IMG/VR virus record: IMGVR_UViG_3300047678_000102
DNA length: 20,000 nucleotides
Strand: one strand, 5' to 3'
Source: an uncultured virus (IMG/VR IMGVR_UViG_3300047678_000102)
Lineage: Duplodnaviria; Heunggongvirae; Uroviricota; Caudoviricetes
Shown here in pieces: positions 1 to 7,201 of the stretch; position 1 is the first letter of the stretch; every line of letters starts with the position of its first letter. The translations under genes and the position numbers were made by a program. Under the pieces are notes generated by a model. It saw only the letters and a list, made by a program, of their open reading frames with translations, was not told where the DNA came from and did no database searches.

Positions 1-1
1 A

Positions 2-85
2 TCACAATCTGAGGAAGATGAGATTAACAACCGAATTTGGGAAACCCACGATGCTATTTCACATCCTAGATTGAACGGTGGTTGA
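2..85 (+). CDS. 3' end of an unknown CDS entering from the left edge
   Basis: Frame 2 is open from the edge (SQSEEDEINNRIWETHDAISHPRLNGG) to TGA at 83-85. Confidence 0.5.
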   Translation, partial: SQSEEDEINNRIWETHDAISHPRLNGG

Positions 86-165
86 TCTACCAAGAGCCCT
101 GACATTCTCTTAACCGTCAAATATGAAGGGAGATTTAGGTTTAACACAGCTAAGGAGAAAATACA

Positions 166-621
166 ATGATGTATTGGATGGAGTTCACTCTCACGGGAGT
201 TGGTGTTCTAATTGGTATTGGTGCTAGTTTTGCATTTTGGATTTTGTTCAAAAAGAAGCCTCCTGTGGCCACACAAATAGTAACTCACAGATTAAGTGTT
301 ATTGACAAAGAAAGACATGATCTTGAAAACAATAGTGTAGATAAAGATCTTCGTAGGGAACACAAAACCCTTTCTGTCAATCACATGATTATCAAAAAGG
401 ATATGGAATACTACAAGAGGTGTTCAGAACAATGCCGTAAAGATCTGGAAAAGTCTAAAGAAGAGTTGAAGATCACCAACGAGCTTTTAGAAGCTTACAA
501 AGAAGAAAACAATGAACTTCAAGAATACAAACTACATTTAGAAGAGCTTATCCTTCCAGATCCACCAAAGGATCTAGATATTGATATTTCTTTGGAAGAA
601 GCAGAAGGGTGGACAGCGTAA
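166..621 (+). CDS. Hypothetical protein, N-terminal transmembrane helix plus coiled coil
   Basis: TAAGGAG SD upstream; hydrophobic GVGVLIGIGASFAFWILF followed by KKK; E/K/L-rich helical tail. Confidence 0.8.
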   Translation: MMYWMEFTLTGVGVLIGIGASFAFWILFKKKPPVATQIVTHRLSVIDKERHDLENNSVDKDLRREHKTLSVNHMIIKKDMEYYKRCSEQCRKDLEKSKEELKITNELLEAYKEENNELQEYKLHLEELILPDPPKDLDIDISLEEAEGWTA

Positions 622-864
622 ATGACATGCGAAGAATTTTTAGTTGTTTATGAAAAAAACCCTTTTCATGCTACAAGGGCCGAAAGAACTGCATTTCGTA
701 ATCATGCCAAGCAATGTGATTCTTGTCGAACAATTATGTTAGACGCTGCCAAAGAGATTTGGGGAAGTCTCTCCCCAAATGAAAGGCAAATTATTCTAGA
801 CAAAGCATTACCTCCCCTTAAAAATCTTTACGACCAAGACACTTCAGATCCAGAATGCCAATGA
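622..864 (+). CDS. Small zinc-finger protein, zf-HC2/ZAS anti-sigma-like
   Basis: N-terminal MTCEEF plus HAKQCDSC (HxxxCxxC); TAAATG coupling to the previous gene. Confidence 0.6.
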   Translation: MTCEEFLVVYEKNPFHATRAERTAFRNHAKQCDSCRTIMLDAAKEIWGSLSPNERQIILDKALPPLKNLYDQDTSDPECQ

Positions 865-1436
865 TAGATTTAAAATCATTACGAAAAAAAACAGATAAAT
901 TGTTAGCTGATAGGGAATATGCGCTCAAGAAAGTAGTTGAAGAACGTGAAGCATTGGAAGAATCAAAAGAAGATCTGAAAGCAGCTCTGGAAGTTCAAGG
1001 AATCTTCCAGAGCCACGCCGAATTTATTCAAACACAAGTACACTCCCAAATTTCTTCAGTAGTGACTAGATGTTTGAAATCCGTTTTTGGACCTACTGGA
1101 CCAGAGTTCAAAATAGATTTCAAACGAGCACGTGGTAAAACCGAAGCCAGGCTAATCTTCACTAAAAATGGTGAAGAATTTGTTCCTACTGAAGAAGATG
1201 GTGGAGGTGTAGTTGATATAGCCGCTTTAGCCCTACGATTAACATGTCTAAGGTTATCTACACCAACATTAAGAAGATTGATCGTTGCAGATGAACCTTT
1301 TAAATGGGTTAACGGAGAAGAATTTCAAGAGAGGGTGGGAGATCTAATTAGAAACCTAGCTCATGAATTCAAAGTGCAGTTTGTTATTGTGAGTGACGAT
1401 GCTTGGTTACGGCAAGGTAAAATAGTGGAGATGTAA
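855..1436 (+). CDS. SbcC/Rad50/gp46-like ABC ATPase, C-terminal half only
   Basis: Coiled coil, signature-like DGGGVVDIAALALRL, Walker B/D-loop LIVADEPF; no Walker A in this ORF. Confidence 0.8.
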   Translation: MPMIDLKSLRKKTDKLLADREYALKKVVEEREALEESKEDLKAALEVQGIFQSHAEFIQTQVHSQISSVVTRCLKSVFGPTGPEFKIDFKRARGKTEARLIFTKNGEEFVPTEEDGGGVVDIAALALRLTCLRLSTPTLRRLIVADEPFKWVNGEEFQERVGDLIRNLAHEFKVQFVIVSDDAWLRQGKIVEM

Positions 1437-1649
1437 ATGAGAGATAGAAATACTATAAATACATATGTTAAACCAACAATAGGAGTTATTCTTCTGTTGT
1501 TAGGATTTATTGTTTCAGTTTCTATCCAACTAGCTAATCCAGATATGACACCAACTAGATTGTGGTTGGAATATCCTTGGTATCTTGTTACCAGTCTTGT
1601 ATCTGCAATAATTGGACTTTTTATGATCAAAGGTATTCTTGAATCTTAA
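1437..1649 (+). CDS. Small two-TM membrane protein (holin-like topology, function unproven)
   Basis: 70 aa with two hydrophobic stretches; TAAATG coupling. Confidence 0.65.
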   Translation: MRDRNTINTYVKPTIGVILLLLGFIVSVSIQLANPDMTPTRLWLEYPWYLVTSLVSAIIGLFMIKGILES

Positions 1650-1685
1650 TCTTCTATCTCACACTTCTTTAAAATTAATCCTCTT

Positions 1686-1715
1686 TTGTCCTAATCCCGT
1701 CATTTAAGTTATAAT
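1686..1715 (+). promoter_or_regulatory. Sigma70-like promoter
   Basis: TTGTCC (1686-1691), 18 nt spacer, TATAAT (1710-1715) in an intergenic gap; small AGTCG/CGACT hairpin at about 1724-1740. Confidence 0.55.
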
Positions 1716-1794
1716 CAAGGTTAGTCGAACACAACGACTGACTTTGATTATTTCTTCGTTGTCACATTTCATCCCTATGAAAGAGGATTATATT

Positions 1795-2106
1795 ATGAGT
1801 TTCTATTCTTATCCGTCAAGTCTACCAGTTGAAGAAGGTAAGTATTTGGCCCCAATTCTTCGTGGCACCGTCCCTGACGATCTACCAAAGGCTCTGCAGG
1901 CCGCTTGGGTAATCCAGGGTTACGCTATGAATGCGTTTATCCCAGTCCCTCCTCCAATCACTGTTATGTCTGAACTACAAGTTGCAGACGTTTTTGATGA
2001 TCTTGGAAACCCAACCACATCAGCAAGTATTCCTTGGGATTTAATCCTTCCAATTATCAGTAATTTATTGATGGATTTCCTCAAGAAGAAGCTTGGAGGT
2101 AAGTAA
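1795..2106 (+). CDS. Hypothetical protein with C-terminal amphipathic/hydrophobic helix
   Basis: ATG at 1795 preceded by AGAGGA is preferred over TTG at 1744; ends IPWDLILPIISNLLMDFLKKKLGGK. Confidence 0.75.
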   Translation: MSFYSYPSSLPVEEGKYLAPILRGTVPDDLPKALQAAWVIQGYAMNAFIPVPPPITVMSELQVADVFDDLGNPTTSASIPWDLILPIISNLLMDFLKKKLGGK

Positions 2107-2108
2107 AC

Positions 2109-3158
2109 ATGCCTACAGACGGGCCAATTTACCAACTCCCTCCATACATAGTAGAAGAAGGCTACGTTACCCTAACTCAAACTATTGACTGGGGTGTACA
2201 GATGCTCGGCGTCCCTTCCTTATGGGCCAAAACCAAAGGCAAGGGAATTACTATTGCAGTTATTGATACCGGAGCGTCTGTCAATCATCCAGATTTAGTT
2301 GGGGCAATTGCAGACGCACAAGACTTCACTGGAAGTCCTTATGGTTCTGCAGATAAACAAGGGCACTCAACACACTGCTGTGGTATTATAGGTGCTAGAG
2401 ATAACCAAATTGGCATAGTTGGTGTTGCTCCAGAAGCTACTGTTGTATGCGGTAAGGTATTAGGAGATAATGGTAGTGGTTCTGGTGTTAGTGTATCTAA
2501 CGGTATTCTTTGGGCAGTTCAGAAGAAAGTAGACATCATCAGTATGAGTTTGGGTTCTCCTTACCCAGATCAACGAATTAAAGATGCTATTGATGTTGCT
2601 TTAGCAGCTGGAATTCCTGTAATTGCCGCAGCAGGTAATGAAGGGCCAAATCTCGATACTGTTGGCTATCCAGCTAGATTCCCTGGTGTAATTAGTGTTG
2701 GTAGCATCGACAGAAGTAAGCAAATTAGCCGATTCAGCTCAAGAGGCGATCGTGTTGATATTGCTGCTCCTGGAGATCAAATTACCAGTACATATCTTAA
2801 CAATGGATATGCTACTTTAAGTGGCACGTCTATGGCAACACCTTTCGTTGCTGGAGTATGTGCTTTGTTACTGGCAGTAAGAAAAGCTGCTGGAATGGAA
2901 AAACTTACTCCAGACAAATTAATTGATTTACTTCATCGTACATCAGTTGATTTAGGTAGTCCTGGAGTCGATACTGATTATGGATTTGGATTAGTCAATC
3001 CAGAGAAATTGTTAGTTGATGTCATTCCAGTTCCTCCTCCGGTAATAGTTCCAATTAAACAAATTGTATTAGGGCCATCTGATTTAACTTCAGAAGGTGC
3101 CGCTAAGATCCGCCAAGTGTTTGGCGGAGATATTGCACTCACTCTAAGAACTGTCTAA
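2109..3158 (+). CDS. Subtilisin-like serine protease (peptidase S8)
   Basis: Triad motifs VIDTG, GHSTH, SGTSMATP and oxyanion AAGN; GGAGG SD upstream. Confidence 0.95.
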   Translation: MPTDGPIYQLPPYIVEEGYVTLTQTIDWGVQMLGVPSLWAKTKGKGITIAVIDTGASVNHPDLVGAIADAQDFTGSPYGSADKQGHSTHCCGIIGARDNQIGIVGVAPEATVVCGKVLGDNGSGSGVSVSNGILWAVQKKVDIISMSLGSPYPDQRIKDAIDVALAAGIPVIAAAGNEGPNLDTVGYPARFPGVISVGSIDRSKQISRFSSRGDRVDIAAPGDQITSTYLNNGYATLSGTSMATPFVAGVCALLLAVRKAAGMEKLTPDKLIDLLHRTSVDLGSPGVDTDYGFGLVNPEKLLVDVIPVPPPVIVPIKQIVLGPSDLTSEGAAKIRQVFGGDIALTLRTV

Positions 3159-3160
3159 AT

Positions 3161-3208
3161 AACAACACGGACGCAGAATAAACAATAATATTCTGCGTCC
3201 GTGTTGTT
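3161..3208. terminator. Perfect 20-bp inverted repeat between convergent transcription units, probable bidirectional terminator
   Basis: AACAACACGGACGCAGAATA (3161-3180), 8-nt loop, TATTCTGCGTCCGTGTTGTT (3189-3208). Confidence 0.8.
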
Positions 3209-3212
3209 TACA

Positions 3213-3572
3213 TTAGTTTGAATTTGAAAAACAATCTATTATACCAACCACCTTATCTAGTACTATCCTACCTAAATCTTCATTAAAATAATTAATAAAA
3301 CAATTATTTACCACTACTAATTCATACCCCTTTTGCCAACACAAAGATTCTTTTATTTGATCAGACTGTTGGCATCTAATTAATCTATCTTGTCCATGTA
3401 TAGGCTTATAATGAAACACCCCATTTAACTCTATTGCTAATTTAATATCTACGACAAATATATCTATTTCTAAACCACCCAATAATTCTCTATTGTTATA
3501 GAGAATTTCCCTTTCTGGATAAATAATTGTTAGTTCTTTTCCAAAAATTCTTCTAATAAAGACCTCACACAT
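3213..3572 (-). CDS. PD-(D/E)XK / Vsr-DUF559-like endonuclease domain; probable C-terminal part of the 3530-4300 gene
   Basis: LEIDIF...LAIELNGVFHY...DQIKESLC..KGYELVVV motif pattern. Confidence 0.75.
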   Translation of the reverse strand: MCEVFIRRIFGKELTIIYPEREILYNNRELLGGLEIDIFVVDIKLAIELNGVFHYKPIHGQDRLIRCQQSDQIKESLCWQKGYELVVVNNCFINYFNEDLGRIVLDKVVGIIDCFSNSN

Positions 3573-4300
3573 CCAAAATCGCCATTTTTATTCCTGTATT
3601 TAGCATTACAAGATTGTGAACAAAATACATTTGTAGAAATATTCTTTCTTCCTATTGGCACAATTAATTGTTTGTCACATTCTCGGCAATTTACTTGAAT
3701 CCTTTCTGTTTCTGGCCCCTTACTTTTATTACTACAATTTCTACTGCAAAATCCAAATTTGTACCCGTTACTTGCAGATTTAAATATAGACCCCTTACTA
3801 CGTAGAAATTGTGTATTACATCTACGGCAACGTATTTCAATCTTATCTTTCATACGTAAATCTAAAAATTCAAATTTAGTTATTGTACTTATACTACTAA
3901 TATTCTCATAAACAGAATCAATGTTGTATTTCTCAGTGTGCCCGCGATACTCTGGATTTTTCCTTTTTGTTAACCAAACATTCACACAATCTCTCGAGCA
4001 TATAATTGGTTTTGCGGTAGTGATTCTCTTAGAAGAAGTTGTAAACATTTTGTTACATATATCGCATTTGATTTCAATTTGTTGGTACTTTTGATGACAA
4101 GGAGGTTTACATTTGATAGAACAAAAACTTGTTTTATTTCTTAATAATGTTCCTTTATTTCTTCTAAACTGTTTTAAACATTTAGGGCATTGAACATCAA
4201 TCATCCTACGATTATTTGCGGATTCAAATTCTTGTTCTGAAGTAATAATTATAAGTTTCGATGAATTAATCATACAATAATTCAAACTTTCCTTTTTCAA
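3530..4300 (-). CDS. Multi-zinc-finger (CxxC...CSxxC repeats) DNA-binding part of a putative homing endonuclease
   Basis: Four CxxC...CSxxC units (CSIKC, CSRDC, CSRNC, CSQSC); the real start may be ATG at 4273. Confidence 0.75.
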   Translation of the reverse strand: MKKESLNYCMINSSKLIIITSEQEFESANNRRMIDVQCPKCLKQFRRNKGTLLRNKTSFCSIKCKPPCHQKYQQIEIKCDICNKMFTTSSKRITTAKPIICSRDCVNVWLTKRKNPEYRGHTEKYNIDSVYENISSISTITKFEFLDLRMKDKIEIRCRRCNTQFLRSKGSIFKSASNGYKFGFCSRNCSNKSKGPETERIQVNCRECDKQLIVPIGRKNISTNVFCSQSCNAKYRNKNGDFGCVRSLLEEFLEKN

Positions 4301-5025
4301 GAACAGACTTTATATCATTTGTTTTTTTACCAGTTCGATGGTCAACAACCAAACTGGTTATATAATTATATGTTCTTATTTTATCCCCCCTTCCTCTGTT
4401 TTTAAAGTCTTTCTCCTTAATTTTTACATAATTCGTATGATTTTGTGTATTGTATAAGTTATTAACCTTGACTGAGAGGATCTTTCTTGCGTCTTTTCTA
4501 TTATGAACTTGGTCCCTACCGTTAATAAACACACATAATCCAGTTGGTAGATGTTTAAGTCGCACCGCAGAATTTACGCAATTCGCATTCCTTCCACCTG
4601 CCTTTTGACTACCAGTTTGAAAAGACTCTTCCAGTTCGTTCTCATTCAGAGCCAGTAACGTCCTTTCTGGAGGAAGGGGCAAAATAGCGACTGAAACCAA
4701 CGATGTCTGCCTGCGACCTTTATGTTCGGTTGGAGGCACTCTTTGTACGCAATGCTTCCCAGCTTCCATTAAGAAAGCCCTACCTGCATTATGTCCAGTC
4801 AGTTTTGCTACGACATGACCATTAGATTGGTCATAAATTTCAGATTTGATGTTGTGACGTGATGCATACTTGACGTATGCAGAGAATAGATCATCTACGA
4901 ACAGTTTAGAATCTGTTCCACCCTCTCCGAATTGCAACTCCAGTATTATTTCTGTTGCATTCTCAAAGAGAGTCCCTCTGGTTATTTAGAGAAACATTAC
5001 TCGAAACTTGTTGAATCTGATTCAT
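4266..5025 (-). CDS. Class I peptide chain release factor homologue (RF1-type, lacking canonical domain 1), joined by a +1 frameshift at 4965
   Basis: EAGKHCVQRVPPTE..GRRQTS, AGGRNANCVNSAVRLKHLPTG, KIRTYNY, VVDHRTG. The leader starts at ATG 5025 (AGGAG SD) or ATG 5214. Confidence 0.85.
4962..4977 (-). promoter_or_regulatory. prfB-like programmed +1 ribosomal frameshift site
   Basis: AGG GAC TCT CTT TGA G; the +1 frame continues ENATEIILELQFGEGG into the release-factor body. Confidence 0.8.
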
Positions 5026-5214
5026 GATACAATCTCCTATGGTAAGATGACTACTAAAACAATTAGACACAACTTGATCAACTTGAGACATTATTTGTTG
5101 TAAATACTTTTTCTTCTCTTCCCAATCATCACCTAAACCCAATCCAACTAGTGGATGGTTATTGTTGTCACTATTAATACCTTTAGATTTCAGAATCCAT
5201 TTTAGAGTTAGCAT
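4963..5214 (-). CDS. Zero-frame leader ORF of the release factor (83 aa, or 20 aa from ATG 5025)
   Basis: Ends QRDSL-TGA at the shift site. Confidence 0.6.
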   Translation of the reverse strand: MLTLKWILKSKGINSDNNNHPLVGLGLGDDWEEKKKYLQQIMSQVDQVVSNCFSSHLTIGDCIMNQIQQVSSNVSLNNQRDSL

Positions 5215-5220
5215 ACCTAT

Positions 5221-5226
5221 ATTATA
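5221..5226 (-). promoter_or_regulatory. Possible -10 box for a leaderless transcript
   Basis: TATAAT 6 nt upstream of ATG 5214; no convincing -35. Confidence 0.35.
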
Positions 5227-5253
5227 GTTTGTAACTAATGAAAAGAAAATGTA

Positions 5254-5706
5254 TTATTCTACTGCCTTTTTGGGTTTGTAAGTGGTTGTCACCAATTTGT
5301 AAGGCATTGTATAAAAAGTAGCCCATACAAACTTTCCTTTAGAATGCGATTGAGCAAATGCTTTTGCGGTTCCCGGATCAATACCAGAATATAAACAAGT
5401 ATACTTACCTCTGATGAACTTTATCTGAAGTTCTTGTTGTTGGGGCCAATACCTAAACCAAGCAACCCAAGAAGATCCTACGTGAAGAGTCATGTTTCCA
5501 TCAACAAATGCGTTTACATCGTCTTCTTTTACTTGATCTATAAGATCATCAATATCCATATCCTCAAAATTTTGAGGAGGTCCTTCTTCTTTCTCTTCTT
5601 CTGGTTGCTTCTTTGAAAAATATTTAGAAGGAACAGAAGAATTCTTCTGTTGTCCTATTCTATTTTGAATCTGTTGTGATATATTTACCGGTCGATGTTT
5701 AGCCAT
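5254..5706 (-). CDS. KTSC-domain protein with charged, probably disordered N-terminus
   Basis: VGSSWV...Y.PQQQELQIKF...LYSGI...F....SKGKFV pattern. Confidence 0.8.
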   Translation of the reverse strand: MAKHRPVNISQQIQNRIGQQKNSSVPSKYFSKKQPEEEKEEGPPQNFEDMDIDDLIDQVKEDDVNAFVDGNMTLHVGSSWVAWFRYWPQQQELQIKFIRGKYTCLYSGIDPGTAKAFAQSHSKGKFVWATFYTMPYKLVTTTYKPKKAVE

Positions 5707-5712
5707 TGTATA

Positions 5713-6054
5713 TTACCAAGTAATATTCAAATACCCTTCAGAAAGCATTTGTGCTACACCGCTTCCTAATCTGCGAAATGTATACACTTGCGCGCCTTGC
5801 ACTCCAGATGTTTGTGAAGATCTAATTTTAGTATTAACGATCCCCAATCCTGAATCTAAGACTGTCATACCACTCACGCCATTTCCATATCCACTAGCAC
5901 AACTAGTTACAATTAATCCGCTTACACCTCCAAAACGGTTTGTGTTTCGCCATTCTAGATTCCATTGGCTGATGCTAGTTGGTGGAACCAACGAAATAGT
6001 GATAGTGCCATCTACTTCAGGTTGTATCGTAATATCAGAATAAATTACTGGCAT
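5713..6054 (-). CDS. Small putative virion structural protein (beta-rich, Ser-Gly-rich)
   Basis: AGAGGAG SD inside the upstream gene end; T/S/G/V-rich; six SG dipeptides. Confidence 0.7.
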   Translation of the reverse strand: MPVIYSDITIQPEVDGTITISLVPPTSISQWNLEWRNTNRFGGVSGLIVTSCASGYGNGVSGMTVLDSGLGIVNTKIRSSQTSGVQGAQVYTFRRLGSGVAQMLSEGYLNITW

Positions 6055-7183
6055 CTTATACAGCTCCTCTTTTTATTTGTGCTAAAAATCGCTTTACTGT
6101 TGGTCCATACCATTTGCCTTTCCCTGTAACAGTGGGATATCCATTTTTATTTAATTGGTCTGCAATCTTCAGGTGGGAAAATCCTTGATTTGACAATATT
6201 TGGACTATTTCCTTCTCTTTAGATAAATCCCTTCTTTTTTCCAACCTAGATTTTACTGCAAGGTGATGTATTCTACTCATCCTTTCACTCAATTCTTGTT
6301 TGTGTTCCCGTGCATACTTTCTTCTACCTGCAGCCATTTTTCGTTTTGTTTCTTCATTTGGAATAGACGGTTTTATACGCCCTGATGCATATCCCTCTAA
6401 TAAAGTCTTTATCATTTTATCTTTCTTTTCTTGAGTCCATTCCATTTCCCCGTTTTCATGCATCTGTTTAAGTTGAGATGCTCCCCGCTGTCTATATTCT
6501 TCAATGTGTTTTCGCACAAACTTCCTGAGATGTTCTCCGGCTGCTCGCCTTTGTCTTTCTGTTTTGGGAAGTTCACTGTTTTGTTTTGCAATTCGTTCCG
6601 AAGCTCTCTTCCTTTGTTCAGGAGTAGCCATTATTCCCAATCTTGTCAGTTCTCTAATCCTTTGTGCAGATCTCATATTTTGCTCTGGGGTATTTAGTTT
6701 ACCCTGTTTGTGTAATAATTTCATTCTTTCACTAGCTGCTCTAGCCATTTCTACAGTATGTGGAGGAGATCCGGCTATTTCATTACAATTGTAACCGTTA
6801 TGATAAGAATCTAATTTTAAAATCCATTTATCTTCGGCAACAATTAAATTTTCCTCTGTGCAAAATTCCAATACCCAAAATTCAAAGGAACTTTTTCCGT
6901 GTTTGTTCCAAGAGTTTTGTAACTTAATATTCTCGTGTTTTCCTTTTTCCAACTGCAGATAATGGCCCCGACACCTATCAACTACACTTTTTGATGACCC
7001 AACGTATCCCTTGTTGGATATAAAATTGTATACAATATATATCCCTGGTTTTCGTAAATTTTTATATTCTATCGTGCCGATACGTGTAATCGGTATCAAA
7101 ACAGAAGTCGGTGGAATTAGTGAAATAGTAATAGTTCCGTCTACTTCAGGTTGAATAGTTATATCTGCGTATATTGGAGGCAT
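5974..7183 (-). repeat. Diverged 81-nt direct repeat (5974-6054 and 7103-7183) encoding the same N-terminus
   Basis: 24/27 aa identical and 60/81 nt identical by manual alignment. Confidence 0.95.
6056..7183 (-). mobile_element. GIY-YIG homing endonuclease with C-terminal recombinase-like HTH domain
   Basis: PGIYIVYN...GYVGSS...R...H..H.N..LQ.SWNKHG..SF.F; GYN; C-terminal IADQLNKNGYPTVTGKGKWY. Confidence 0.9.
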
Positions 7184-7201
7184 TATTTACTCCTTACTTT
7201 A

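Noticed and set aside
86..165. Possible structured RNA in the first intergenic gap
   Set aside because: Only short, weak complementarity (CCCT/AGGG); no tRNA or riboswitch pattern recognised
4266..4937. TTG at 4937 as the true release-factor start, or a PrfH/ArfB assignment
   Set aside because: The TTG truncates a conserved strand and its GGAG is directly adjacent with no spacing; the PxT motif and RF1-type C-terminus argue against PrfH or ArfB
6056..7183. Group I intron or intein housing the endonucleases
   Set aside because: No non-coding room for a ribozyme core, no intein C/S...HN termini, and the ORFs end in their own stops
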